From NCBI GenBank assembly GCA_032161105.1, contig JAVHTD010000014.1: DNA of 64,000 nucleotides; one strand, given 5' to 3'. Below the pieces are notes generated by a model. That model was not told where the DNA came from and searched no databases. It saw only the letters and a program-made list of their open reading frames with translations. Below are positions 20,822-30,685 of this stretch, one piece after another (the stretch's first letter is position 1; every line of letters starts with the position of its first letter). The stretch is from Candidatus Thermosaccharophagus tengchongensis. Its GTDB lineage: Bacteria > Armatimonadota > Fervidibacteria > Fervidibacterales > Thermosaccharophagaceae. The position numbers and the translations under genes are program-made.

Positions 20822-23800
20822 GTGGTGCCAATAAGCTTAAAATTGCGCAACTTTATGAGCTATGGGGAGGATGTCCCGCCACTTGATTTTACAGCATTTG
20901 ACTTGGCGTGCCTTTCGGGTCAGAACGGGCATGGCAAATCCGCATTGCTTGATGCAATTACTTGGAGTTTGTGGGGTGAAGCAAGAAAGGCTCGTGGGCG
21001 CACAAGTCCCGATGAGGACCTTATTCGCATTGGCGCTCGCGATATGGAAGTTGAGTTTGAGTTTGAAGTTGGTGGAAATCGCTACCGAGTTATCAGGCGA
21101 TATTCGCGAAAGTATCACAGGCGGACAAGCCTTGAATTGCAAGTTTATTCTCCGAACGATAACCGGTGGGAGACTTTGACCGGGAAAACGCAGCACGAAA
21201 CTCAGGAGAAAATAAACTCAATTTTGCGCATGGATTATGAGACATTTATCGCATCTTCGTTCATTCTCCAAGGGCGCGCCGATGAATTCACAAGGAGGCC
21301 GCCAGGTGAGCGCAAAGAAATTCTGGCAAGCATACTCGGACTTGACCGTTATGAGCAACTCTCGGATTTGGCAAGGGAGCATCAGAAGAAATGCGCAGAT
21401 GAGGAGCAAATCCGCACGAAAGAACTTGAGGGCATAGACAGAGAGCTGGAAGAACTGCCGACACTGAAGAGGATGGCAGAGAAATTGGGGAAGGCATTGG
21501 AAGAGGTTAATGAAGAGTTACAAAGGGTTAAGAGCGAACTTAACAGCAAAAAGGACCGCTTGGCAACGCTTGAGGAAAGGAAGAGGCGTTTGGAGGACCT
21601 AAAAGAGCAAGCCAGAGGGGTTGCCAACAGCCTCAATGAAGCGATAAGGCAATATAAAACTTGGCATAAGCAGTATGAAGATTTGTTGAGCCTGTTGAGT
21701 AGGGAAAGCGAAATTGTGTCCAACTATTTGCGCTATCAGGATGCATTAAGGATGAACAACGAATTGACGGAAAAGTTGAACAAGCTTATGGAAGTTAAAG
21801 AAATGGCACAAAAAGTTGAACAAACAATTGAAAAGACCAAAAGTGAGTTGGAAAAAGAGTTAGCAGCTTCAAGAGAGAGGAGAAAAGAGCTGTTGCGCGA
21901 GGAAAATGAGGCAATGCAGTGGATTAACAGGCGGGCGGAAATTGAGAGAGGTTATGAGGAACTTCAAGCGCTTAGGCAGAAAGATGAGCACATGGAAGAG
22001 GTGAGGAAGAAAGATTCACAGCTGCGCGGGGTTGCTATGGAGATAGAGGTAAAAATTGATAGCGAGAGGCAGAAGCTTGAAATGCAACTCAACTCGGTTA
22101 GGGAGCGATACAAGGAGCGAGAATTGGTGGCGGGGCGAAGAAACGAGTATGAGGATGAGATTGCGAGAATAAATAAACAAATTAGCCAGCTACAGGAGGA
22201 CGAAAGGCAGTTAAGCGCACTTAGAAGCAGGATAGCCGATTGCGAGAGGCGTTTGGGTGAGCTTTCGGTTAGGCGGACACAACTTGAAAATGAGTTAAAG
22301 GAAACGAGGGCAAAGTTGAACCTGTTGGTTGAATCAACGGAACCGCGCTGTCCCGTTTGTAATTCACCGCTGGATGAAGCACGCAAGGGAATGCTCAAAG
22401 CCGAGTTTGAGAGCTCGTTAGGCAGCATACAGAGGGAACTTGAAGTTACTGTAGGTGAAATTGAGGAAGTAAAGGGGCAGCGTTCAGAGCTGCAATCACG
22501 ATGCGAAGAACTTGAAGAAAGGCTCAAAGATATGAGCGCACTTCAGGAGCAGTTGGCGAGAGTAAAGGCGAATTTGGAGGAAGCGAATAGAGCAGCTGAG
22601 GAATTGGAAAACTTGGCGAGGGAAATTGGCGAGCTTGAGCGGCGGCTTAAGGATGGCGACTTTGCGGCTGAATTGCGCGACCAATTGGGGGCAATTGAGG
22701 ATGAGTTGCGCCGACTCGGTTACGATGAAATAGCGCACTTGCAGGTTAAGAATGCCATAAAGGAAAAAAGCGTTTATGAGGTGCAAATGGAGCATCTTAA
22801 GCAAGCCGAAGAAAAGCTTAGGGAAGTAAGGGACAGGTTGAGGGAAGTTGAGGGGCGTATTTCTGGGCTTGAAATGAAGCTTTCCTCGGGTGATTTTGCT
22901 CACGATGAGCGAAAACAGCTTGAGGAGTTAAGGAGACAAATAAAGGAACTTGGCTATGACAAATCGGAACATGATAGGGTGCGCAAGTTGCAAAAGGATC
23001 TTGAAGGCTATGTCGGGTTATATCAGAGGTTGATGCAAGCCAAGGATGAGAAACCCAAATTGGAGAGCCAATTAGAGGGGCTGCGTCAGTCAATCAAAAA
23101 TGAGCGCAAAAGATACGAGGATTTGAGGGCGCAAATTGAAAGGCTTGGGAAAGAGGTTGAGGAAATCCCGCAAGTAAGGCGTTCTGTTGAGGTGCTGGAG
23201 AGAAACCTCGCAGAAATTGAGGAAAAACGCTCAAAATTGGAGCGTGAGAGGGGGGAAATTGAGGGCAGGATCTCAAGATGTAACGAGTTGCGCCAAAGGA
23301 GGGTGGAAATTGAGCAAGATTTGGAGCGAATACGCCACGAGAGGGATATATACGGCTTACTCGCACAGATATTTGGCAAGGATGGCATACAGGCGGTCAT
23401 CATCGGCAACGCAATTGATGAACTTGAGGAAGAGGCGAATAATCTCCTGAAGGAGCTCACGCATGGTAAAGCGAGCGTCGCATTTGAGCTGCAGCGTGAG
23501 ACAAAGGGCGGGGCTGTGAGGGAGACGCTTGATATAAAAGTGAGCGATGAGCTTGGCACGAGACCGTATGAGCTTTTCTCAGGCGGTGAAAGTTTTAGAA
23601 TTGACTTTGCGATAAGGGTTGCCTTGGCAAAGCTGCTTGCAAAGAGGGCTGGCACAAAGGTGCGCTTCCTCGTCATTGATGAGGGCTTTGGGTCACAGGA
23701 TAGCGACGGGTTGAAGCAGCTCGTTGAAGCAATTTACAGCATTAGGGGGGATTTTGACAAAATTTTGGTTGTCACTCACCTTGAGCACCTTAAGGACTCC

Positions 23801-23869
23801 TTCCCTGTAAGGATTGAAGTGACCAAAGACCCTCACATCGGCTCTCGGTTTGAAATCATTCATGCGTGA
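20822..23869 (+). CDS. sbcC: Nuclease SbcCD subunit C (Rad50-like SMC ATPase)
   Basis: LRNFMSY, Walker A GQNGHGKS, long coiled coil with CPVC zinc hook, FSGGE signature, VIDEGFG, VTH. Confidence 0.93.
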   Translation: MVPISLKLRNFMSYGEDVPPLDFTAFDLACLSGQNGHGKSALLDAITWSLWGEARKARGRTSPDEDLIRIGARDMEVEFEFEVGGNRYRVIRRYSRKYHRRTSLELQVYSPNDNRWETLTGKTQHETQEKINSILRMDYETFIASSFILQGRADEFTRRPPGERKEILASILGLDRYEQLSDLAREHQKKCADEEQIRTKELEGIDRELEELPTLKRMAEKLGKALEEVNEELQRVKSELNSKKDRLATLEERKRRLEDLKEQARGVANSLNEAIRQYKTWHKQYEDLLSLLSRESEIVSNYLRYQDALRMNNELTEKLNKLMEVKEMAQKVEQTIEKTKSELEKELAASRERRKELLREENEAMQWINRRAEIERGYEELQALRQKDEHMEEVRKKDSQLRGVAMEIEVKIDSERQKLEMQLNSVRERYKERELVAGRRNEYEDEIARINKQISQLQEDERQLSALRSRIADCERRLGELSVRRTQLENELKETRAKLNLLVESTEPRCPVCNSPLDEARKGMLKAEFESSLGSIQRELEVTVGEIEEVKGQRSELQSRCEELEERLKDMSALQEQLARVKANLEEANRAAEELENLAREIGELERRLKDGDFAAELRDQLGAIEDELRRLGYDEIAHLQVKNAIKEKSVYEVQMEHLKQAEEKLREVRDRLREVEGRISGLEMKLSSGDFAHDERKQLEELRRQIKELGYDKSEHDRVRKLQKDLEGYVGLYQRLMQAKDEKPKLESQLEGLRQSIKNERKRYEDLRAQIERLGKEVEEIPQVRRSVEVLERNLAEIEEKRSKLERERGEIEGRISRCNELRQRRVEIEQDLERIRHERDIYGLLAQIFGKDGIQAVIIGNAIDELEEEANNLLKELTHGKASVAFELQRETKGGAVRETLDIKVSDELGTRPYELFSGGESFRIDFAIRVALAKLLAKRAGTKVRFLVIDEGFGSQDSDGLKQLVEAIYSIRGDFDKILVVTHLEHLKDSFPVRIEVTKDPHIGSRFEIIHA

Positions 23870-23964
23870 ATGGCAGTCAGTCATATCGCGCCTATATGGG
23901 TCACACAATGGGACTTACCCATTTGTGATGAGTTCATAGAAAGGCTGAGCCAGATAGGTTCGGA

Positions 23965-24088
23965 TGGCACCATGAGGGTATCGGGGCTTTCTGGTTGGCA
24001 TTGAGCCGCCTCGGTGAGGGTGAAGGTCTTCTGGGGCGACGATGAGGAAGTAGATGTAGTCAAGGTCATGGCACTTGGCTGGGTTCAT
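23965..24088 (-). pseudogene. IS701-family transposase N-terminal remnant (frameshifted)
   Basis: Minus-strand ATG at 24088 after agagggg reads MNPAKCHDLDYIYFLIVA, then in another frame QKTFTLTEAAQCQPE. This matches the IS701 transposase N-terminus as I recall it (MNPPKCxDLDYIxFLIAAQKxFTxTEAARCQP). Confidence 0.7.
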
Positions 24089-24148
24089 CGGCAATCGCCC
24101 CTCTTGGCAGGGCGGTTCTTTGCATGCTATCGTTATAGCAAATTTGTT

Positions 24149-24173
24149 GAAGGGTGAGGCTCACGCCGAGCCG
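24149..24173. repeat. Second-family REP-like element (GGGAGGGCGAGGCTC..GCCGAGCC type), degenerate
   Basis: gaagggtgaggctcacgccgagccg; related to 62501-62596 and weakly to ~57206. Confidence 0.45.
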
Positions 24174-24259
24174 TGGAAAAGGGGATGATGAGGGGGGTGG
24201 TGGGCGGGTTGTTCAATGGTGCTTGCGATTGCTAAAATGCTCACAAGGAGGGGATAGGG

Positions 24260-26425
24260 ATGTTTTGTAGTCGTTGTTTCGTCCATGTTGTGGCAGGTCT
24301 TGGGGGCGCCTTGCGGCGCAAGTTTGCGGCGTGCATTGGAGTGTTGGTTGTATGTCTTTCATTGTTGGCTCTTGAAATCTCATGCCACAAACTTCCCCGG
24401 AAACGCCCCGTGCTCGTCTCCAAAACAGGGCGCACCGAGGAACGCCCTGTGCTCGTCCCCAAAACGGGGCACATCGGTCCAGTGAATAGCGTATCCTTCA
24501 GTCCAGACGGAAGGACGATAGCTTTGGGAAGCGGTGACGGAATGGTCATCCTTTGGGATACTGAAACGGGCGAGGTGAGGCGAATGTTGGAGGGACACAC
24601 CGATCCTGTGTATAGCGTATCCTTCAGTCCAGACGGAAGGACGATAGCTTCGGGAAGCTTTGACAAAACGGTCATTCTTTGGGATGCAGAAACTGGTAAG
24701 ATGAGGCGGAAGTTGAAGGGGCACACTGGTTCTGTGTTGAGCGTATCCTTCAGTCCGGATGGAAGGACGATAGCTTCGGGAAGCCGTGACGGAACGGTCA
24801 TTCTTTGGGATGCAGAAACTGGTAAGATGAGGCGGAAGTTGAAGGGGCACATCTGGCCGGTGAGGAGTCCGGTGAGGAGTGTAGCCTTTAGTCCAGATGG
24901 GAGGACGATAGCTTCGGGACACGGCAAAACGGTCATTCTTTGGGATGCAGAAACTGGTGAGGTGAGGCGGAAGTTGAAGGGACACACCGGTTGGGTGGAA
25001 AGCGTATCCTTTAGTCCGGATGGAAGGACGATAGCTTCGGGAAGCCGTGACGAAACGGTCATCCTTTGGGATGCTGAAACGGGTAAGATGAGGCGGAAGT
25101 TGGAGGGACACACCGATTGGGTGAATAGCGTATCCTTCAGTCCGGACGGAAGGACGATAGCTTCGGGAAGCGGTGACACCACGGTCATTCTTTGGGATGC
25201 AGAAACTGGCAAGGTGAAGTGGGAGTTAGAGGGACACATTGATTTTGTGGAAAGCGTATCCTTCAGTCCAGATGGAAGGACGATAGCGTCGGGAGGCGAT
25301 GACAGCACGGTCATCCTTTGGGATGCAGAAACAGGTGAGGTGAGGCGGAAGTTGAAGGGACACACCTGGGCGGTGGAAAGCGTATCCTTCAGTCCGGATG
25401 GAAGGACGATAGCTTCGGGAAGCCGTGACGAAACGGTCATCCTTTGGGATGCTGAAACGGGTAAGATGAGGCGGAAGTTGGAGGGGCACACCGATTGGGT
25501 GAGTAGCGTATCCTTTAGTCCGGATGGAAGGACGATAGCTTCGGGAAGCGGTGACGGAACGGTCATTCTTTGGGATGCAGAAACTGGTGAGATGAGGCGG
25601 GAGTTGGTGGGACACACCGATCCTGTGTTTAGCGTGTCCTTCAGTCCAGATGGAAGGATGATAGCTTCGGGAAGCTATGACAAAACGGTCATCCTTTGGG
25701 ATGCAGAAACTGGTGAGATGAGGCGGGAGTTGAAGGGGCACACCAGTGAAGTGAATAGCGTATCCTTCAGTCCGGACGGAAGGACGATAGCTTCGGGAAG
25801 CGGTGACGGAACGGTCATTCTTTGGGATGCAGAAACTGGTGAGATGAGGCGGAAGTTGGAGGGGCACACCTGGGGGGTGAGGAGCGTATCCTTCAGTCCA
25901 GACGGAAGGACAATAGCTTCGGGAAGCGGTGACGGAACGGTCATTCTTTGGGATGCAGAAACAGGCAAGATGAAGCGGAAGTTGGAGGAGCGCACCGTTT
26001 CTGTGGAAAGCGTATCCTTCAGTCCAGACGGAAGGACAATAGCTTCGGGAAGCGGTGACGGAACGGTCATTCTTTGGGATGCAGAAACAGGCAAGATGAG
26101 GCGGGTGTTGGAGGGGCACACCCGTTCTGTGAGGAGCGTATCCTTCAGTCCAAATGGAAGGACGATAGCTTCGGGAGGCTATGACGACACAGTTCGCCTG
26201 TGGGATGTGGCTACTGGCAGGGAAATTGCCACCTTCATCAGCTTTGATTCAGGTCAAGATTGGCTTGTTATCACTCCAGAAGGCTACTACAATGCCTCTC
26301 CAAATGGCGACAGGTTCGTTCGGTGGCTTGTAGGCAACAAACTCTATCCAGCGGAGAAATTTTCCGATCAGTTCAAGCGTCCAGACATTGTTGCGAAGGC
26401 GCTTAGGGGCGAGAAAATTCCGTAG
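24260..26425 (+). CDS. Exported WD40-repeat protein, 14 highly conserved repeats
   Basis: N-terminal hydrophobic segment ending ISC; 14 x GH...VxSVSFSPDGRTIASGSxDxTVILWD; C-terminal DWLVITPEGYYNAS...RPDIV tail. Confidence 0.92.
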   Translation: MFCSRCFVHVVAGLGGALRRKFAACIGVLVVCLSLLALEISCHKLPRKRPVLVSKTGRTEERPVLVPKTGHIGPVNSVSFSPDGRTIALGSGDGMVILWDTETGEVRRMLEGHTDPVYSVSFSPDGRTIASGSFDKTVILWDAETGKMRRKLKGHTGSVLSVSFSPDGRTIASGSRDGTVILWDAETGKMRRKLKGHIWPVRSPVRSVAFSPDGRTIASGHGKTVILWDAETGEVRRKLKGHTGWVESVSFSPDGRTIASGSRDETVILWDAETGKMRRKLEGHTDWVNSVSFSPDGRTIASGSGDTTVILWDAETGKVKWELEGHIDFVESVSFSPDGRTIASGGDDSTVILWDAETGEVRRKLKGHTWAVESVSFSPDGRTIASGSRDETVILWDAETGKMRRKLEGHTDWVSSVSFSPDGRTIASGSGDGTVILWDAETGEMRRELVGHTDPVFSVSFSPDGRMIASGSYDKTVILWDAETGEMRRELKGHTSEVNSVSFSPDGRTIASGSGDGTVILWDAETGEMRRKLEGHTWGVRSVSFSPDGRTIASGSGDGTVILWDAETGKMKRKLEERTVSVESVSFSPDGRTIASGSGDGTVILWDAETGKMRRVLEGHTRSVRSVSFSPNGRTIASGGYDDTVRLWDVATGREIATFISFDSGQDWLVITPEGYYNASPNGDRFVRWLVGNKLYPAEKFSDQFKRPDIVAKALRGEKIP
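24467..26206 (+). repeat. Intragenic tandem array of ~126-bp near-identical units
   Basis: agcgtatccttcagtccggatggaaggacgatagcttcgggaagc...ggtcattctttgggatgcagaaac recurs with very few synonymous differences. Confidence 0.95.
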
Positions 26426-26565
26426 GATTTTCCTTTCATGCCATAAAGCGGACACTGTCAATCGTGCCCATTGAGGTTGAATGTGTGGTGTTTGGTTCAA
26501 AATCAAAGTGATGCTTTGAACCTGCACTGAGTGGCTGTCTTGAGTGGTGAAATTGTGAGAGTCTC

Positions 26566-26686
26566 GTAGGGGCGCATGAAATGCGCCCGAAATGCGCATG
26601 AAATGCGCCCGAAATGCGCCCGAAAAAACGGGCGGGTTTCACCCGCCCCTACAGGATGGGTTTTTTGCGGCTAAAGCCGCTCCTAC
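26566..26686. repeat. GTAG-type REP cluster (BIME-like)
   Basis: GTAGgggcgcatgaaatgcgccc with internal gaaatgcgc reiterations; inverted gggcgggtttcacccgccccTAC; gcggctaaagccgctcCTAC. Lies between convergent genes. Confidence 0.85.
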
Positions 26687-27960
26687 AGTTCATCCGGGTG
26701 GGCAATCCTTCCGAGGACGGCAGAAGCAGCTGCTATTGCCGGGTTGGAAAGAAAGACCTCAGATTTTGGATGTCCCATGCGTCCGATGAAATTTCGGTTT
26801 GAGGTTGAGATGCACCTTTCACCGGATGCAAGCACACCCATGTATCCACCAAGGCATGGTCCACATGTCTCAGCTGCCACCACTGCGCCAGCTTCGGCAA
26901 ACACTTCAAGCAGTCCTTCGGCAAGTGCCATTTGCCAAATTTGGTGTGTCGCCGGGATGACGATCATCCTCACACTCGGATGGACTTTCTTGCCCTTGAT
27001 AACCCTTGCTGCGATGCGCAGGTCTTCAATCCTGCCATTTGTGCATGATCCGATAAAGACTTGGTCAATTGCAATGTTGTCCTTCACTGCCTCGGAGATG
27101 GTGTGCACATTTGAGGGCAGGTGAGGGTAGGCTACCATTGGCTCAAGCTGTGAACAGTCAAACTCAATCACCTGCGAGTATTGCGCATCCTCATCCGATG
27201 AATACACCTGCCACTTGTCTTGGCTATTAGGCGCCACCTTCATCAGGTAGTCCCGTGTGACTTCATCAAACGGCATGATGCCGTTCTTTGCACCGGCTTC
27301 AACAACCATGTTGGTGATGGTAAACCTGTCGGACATGGGTAATTGCTCAATAACTGGACCTGTAAACTCCATCGCCTTGTATAAAGCTCCATTTACACCG
27401 ATGCGCCCGATCGTTGCCAGTATGATGTCTTTGCCCATGACCCACTCGTTGAGCTTGCCGCAGTAAATTAACTTCATTGTCGCCGGAACGCGAAGCCATA
27501 TTTCACCGAGTGCCATAACTGCTGCAAGGTCTGTGCTCCCGATCCCTGTAGCGAAGCATGATAATGCGCCAGCTGTGCATGTGTGCGAATCGGCTCCAAC
27601 ATACACCATTCCGGGGAGTATCAATCCGCTGTCTGGGAGGAGCACATGCTCAATTCCGCCGCGACCGACCTCGTAATAGTGCTTAATGCGTTGTTCAACT
27701 GCGAACTGGCGCATGACTTTTGCCTGCTCTGCGGCGCTCACATCCTTGTTTGGAACATAGTGGCTTGCAACAAGCGCAATTCGCTCGGGGTCAAACACAT
27801 GCTCAACGCCAATCTTGCGAAACTCCCTTATCGCGAGCGGTGCCGTCACATCGTTGCCCATGCATAAGTCAACCTTAGCCATGACCAGTTGCCCCGGTTT
27901 AACATGCCTTTCGCCGGAGTGCGCTGCGAGTATCTTTTCGGTCATGGTCATCCCCATCAT
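26683..27960 (-). CDS. leuC: 3-isopropylmalate dehydratase large subunit
   Basis: MTMTEKILA, GADSHTCT, IGSCTNGR, CGPCLG, STSNRNFxGRMG. Confidence 0.93.
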   Translation of the reverse strand: MMGMTMTEKILAAHSGERHVKPGQLVMAKVDLCMGNDVTAPLAIREFRKIGVEHVFDPERIALVASHYVPNKDVSAAEQAKVMRQFAVEQRIKHYYEVGRGGIEHVLLPDSGLILPGMVYVGADSHTCTAGALSCFATGIGSTDLAAVMALGEIWLRVPATMKLIYCGKLNEWVMGKDIILATIGRIGVNGALYKAMEFTGPVIEQLPMSDRFTITNMVVEAGAKNGIMPFDEVTRDYLMKVAPNSQDKWQVYSSDEDAQYSQVIEFDCSQLEPMVAYPHLPSNVHTISEAVKDNIAIDQVFIGSCTNGRIEDLRIAARVIKGKKVHPSVRMIVIPATHQIWQMALAEGLLEVFAEAGAVVAAETCGPCLGGYMGVLASGERCISTSNRNFIGRMGHPKSEVFLSNPAIAAASAVLGRIAHPDEL

Positions 27961-27964
27961 TTCG

Positions 27965-29491
27965 TCACCCTTGCTGCGCCTTGCTATGTGCGAGTTTGTT
28001 CAAAGCGTGCATGTAGGCTTTGGCTGCAGCTTCAATCGTGTCCGTTGATATTCCGTAGCCGCTGAAGACATTCCCTTCGTCATCGGTGACTCTGACAAAC
28101 ACTTCAGCGACTGCGTCAGTTCCGGGTCCTACCGAACGCACGGAGAAGTCGGTAAGGCGATGCGGTATGGTGATGAGCTTATCTATCGTCTTGTAGACAG
28201 CATCAACTGGACCAACTCCGGTGCCAGTGGCTAAGAGCAATTCCTCGCCGCGCCGTATCCGCACAGTTGCGCTTGGGACTGTGCCCTTACCGCTAACGAC
28301 ATGCATGTAATCAAGCTGGTAAATTTCCGGAGCAGTGTGAAGCACATCCGAAGCGAGCGCCTCCAAATCCATGTCCGTAACTTCGCGCTTCTTCTCAGCG
28401 AGCTCCTTGAAGCGCTTGAACACTTGATCAAGTTGCTCCCTGTTGAGTTCATAGCCGAGTTTCCTCAGCTTCATCTCAAGCGCATGTCTTCCCGAGTGCT
28501 TTCCAAGCACTATTCCCTCTTCTGTCACTCCGAAGAGCTTTGGGTCGAGTATTTCGTATGTGAGTGGGTTTGAGAGCACACCGTGCTGGTGTATTCCCGA
28601 CTCATGCTTGAAGGCATTTGCGCCAACGATGGCTTTATTTGGTTGCACTGGCATCCCGGTCAAGTCGCTTACGAGCTTGCTTGTGCGGCTTATTAATTCG
28701 GTTCTGATGCATGTGTAGCAGTTGAGCATCTTTTGGCGGCAGTAGATTGTCGCTACGATTTCCTCAAGCGATGCATTTCCGGCTCTCTCTCCAATACCGT
28801 TTATGGTGCACTCAACCTGCGAGGCGCCAGCCATTATCCCGGCGATTGAATTTGCAACAGCCATGCCAAGGTCGTCATGGCAGTGCACGCTCACAACGGC
28901 TTTATCTATGTTTGGCACCTTGTTCATGACCGTTCTGACGAGCTCACCAAACTCATGCGGCAACGCGTAACCAACCGTATCCGGTATGTTGACCGTTGTG
29001 GCGCCCGCATCAATCGCCACCTCAAAGACTTTGCATACAAAGTCCCAATCGCTGCGCGTTGCGTCCTCCGCTGAGAATTCAACATCGTCCGTGAAGTTGC
29101 GCGCATAGGATACGGATTTGCGTGTCGTCTCAATCACTTCCTCCCTGCTCATGCGAAGCTTATATTGCATGTGTATATCCGAGGTGGCGATGAATGTGTG
29201 TATGCGTTTTCGCTCCGCAGGCGATAACGCTTCAGCAGCTGCATTTATGTCCTCCTCCAATGCCCTCGCAAGCGCTGCTATGACTGGTCCTTTAACCTCC
29301 CTTGCAATGCGCTTAACCGACTTAAGCTCGCCCTCGGATGCAGCTGGGAAGCCAGCTTCAATTACATCCACGCCAAGCCTTGCAAGCTGCATTGCTATTT
29401 CAAGCTTCTCGCCCTCGCTCAAGCTGACCCCCGGAGATTGCTCGCCATCACGGAGCGTCGTATCAAATATGAAAATGCGCCTTCCTTCCAT
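27965..29491 (-). CDS. leuA: 2-isopropylmalate synthase
   Basis: [34 protein letters not shown]-terminal regulatory domain. Confidence 0.95.
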   Translation of the reverse strand: MEGRRIFIFDTTLRDGEQSPGVSLSEGEKLEIAMQLARLGVDVIEAGFPAASEGELKSVKRIAREVKGPVIAALARALEEDINAAAEALSPAERKRIHTFIATSDIHMQYKLRMSREEVIETTRKSVSYARNFTDDVEFSAEDATRSDWDFVCKVFEVAIDAGATTVNIPDTVGYALPHEFGELVRTVMNKVPNIDKAVVSVHCHDDLGMAVANSIAGIMAGASQVECTINGIGERAGNASLEEIVATIYCRQKMLNCYTCIRTELISRTSKLVSDLTGMPVQPNKAIVGANAFKHESGIHQHGVLSNPLTYEILDPKLFGVTEEGIVLGKHSGRHALEMKLRKLGYELNREQLDQVFKRFKELAEKKREVTDMDLEALASDVLHTAPEIYQLDYMHVVSGKGTVPSATVRIRRGEELLLATGTGVGPVDAVYKTIDKLITIPHRLTDFSVRSVGPGTDAVAEVFVRVTDDEGNVFSGYGISTDTIEAAAKAYMHALNKLAHSKAQQG

Positions 29492-29685
29492 TCAGCTCAC
29501 CTCTTAAATGCGCAAACGATAATTGGTAATGCATTTGCACACCAACTTGAAGGGCTGAACACCATTGAATGCATCATCGGCGACATTGAGGCGCTGCCTT
29601 TTACGCCCTCACTTGAGCAACATGCCTAATCGCCTTTTGAACCTTTGAATGGTGGCTCAGTTGAGCCGCCCATAGATCGGTTGCT

Positions 29686-30684
29686 CTAACTGATGCTTTT
29701 CAGCCACGGCATCATAGCCCTAAGCTTTGCCCCGATCTTTTCTATGAGGTGTTCGCTTTGCCTTTTACCCTCTGCGTGATAGACCGGTCGTCCTGCCATG
29801 TTTTCAAGTATCCACTCGCGTGCAAACTCGCCAGTCTGTATCTCCCGCAGTATCTCCTTCATGGCTTGCCTGCTCGCTTCGTTGATCACCCTCTTGCCCC
29901 TCGTTATGTCACCGTATTCGGCTGTGTCGCTGATGCGTTTCCTCATCCCCGTTATCCCCTCTGTGTGGATGAGATCAACGATGAGCTTGAGTTCGTGCAG
30001 GCATTCAAAGTAAGCTACCTCAGGTTGGTATCCGGCTTCAACGAGCGTTTCAAAGGCAGCCCTGATTAACTCGGTGCATCCTCCGCAAAGGACGACCTGT
30101 TCGCCGAACAGATCCGTTTCCGTCTCCTCGGCAAATGTTGTCTCTATCACTCCGGCTCTCCCGGCACCTATGCCCTTCGCATAGGCGAGCGCAATTTGCA
30201 TTGCGCTGCCAGTATAGTCCTGCTCAACTGCAACAAGTGCTGGCAACCCTTTTCCATCCTCATAGAGTGAGCGCAATTGAGCCCCCGGACCCTTTGGCGC
30301 AACCAGACATACATCAACGAACTTGGGTGGGATTATCTGCCTGTAGTGGATGTTGAAGCCGTGCGCAAACATGAGCGCATTCCCTTCGGACAAGTTTTGG
30401 TGGACATGCTCCCGATAAACCTGCGGCATGACTTGGTCTGGCGTCAACATGCTTATGACATGTGCATTTCTAACCGCATCAGCTATCTCCATCACCTTGA
30501 AGCCCTCGTTGCTGGCTCTCTCCCATGATGCGCCATCTTTGCGCGCACCAACTATTACGCTTACGCCGCTGTCACGCAAGTTAAGAGCGTGTGCACGCCC
30601 CTGATTGCCATATCCGACTATGGCTACGGTCTTACCTTGAAGCGGCTCAAGCGACATGTCAGCGTCGTAGTATATCTTCGCCAT
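29686..30684 (-). CDS. ilvC: Ketol-acid reductoisomerase
   Basis: [37 protein letters not shown]. Confidence 0.96.
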   Translation of the reverse strand: MAKIYYDADMSLEPLQGKTVAIVGYGNQGRAHALNLRDSGVSVIVGARKDGASWERASNEGFKVMEIADAVRNAHVISMLTPDQVMPQVYREHVHQNLSEGNALMFAHGFNIHYRQIIPPKFVDVCLVAPKGPGAQLRSLYEDGKGLPALVAVEQDYTGSAMQIALAYAKGIGAGRAGVIETTFAEETETDLFGEQVVLCGGCTELIRAAFETLVEAGYQPEVAYFECLHELKLIVDLIHTEGITGMRKRISDTAEYGDITRGKRVINEASRQAMKEILREIQTGEFAREWILENMAGRPVYHAEGKRQSEHLIEKIGAKLRAMMPWLKSIS

Positions 30685-30685
30685 C

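Noticed and set aside
21400..23350. Purine-rich compositional shift in sbcC suggesting foreign DNA
   Set aside because: Explained by Glu/Lys/Arg-rich coiled-coil coding.
23881..24069. 62-aa ORF as a real gene
   Set aside because: Better explained as the second frame of the IS701 transposase remnant.
24241..26121. Long minus-strand repetitive ORFs (458, 243, 297 and 148 aa)
   Set aside because: Antisense shadows of the WD40 repeat array; the + strand encodes a coherent WD40 protein.
24467..26206. CRISPR array or DGR target in the WD40 repeats
   Set aside because: The units are in-frame 126-bp coding repeats with no unique spacers. There are no cas or reverse transcriptase genes, and the variation is not adenine-specific.
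26566..26625. Mini-CRISPR in the gaaatgcgccc reiterations
   Set aside because: The units are too short, have no spacers, and are part of a REP palindrome.
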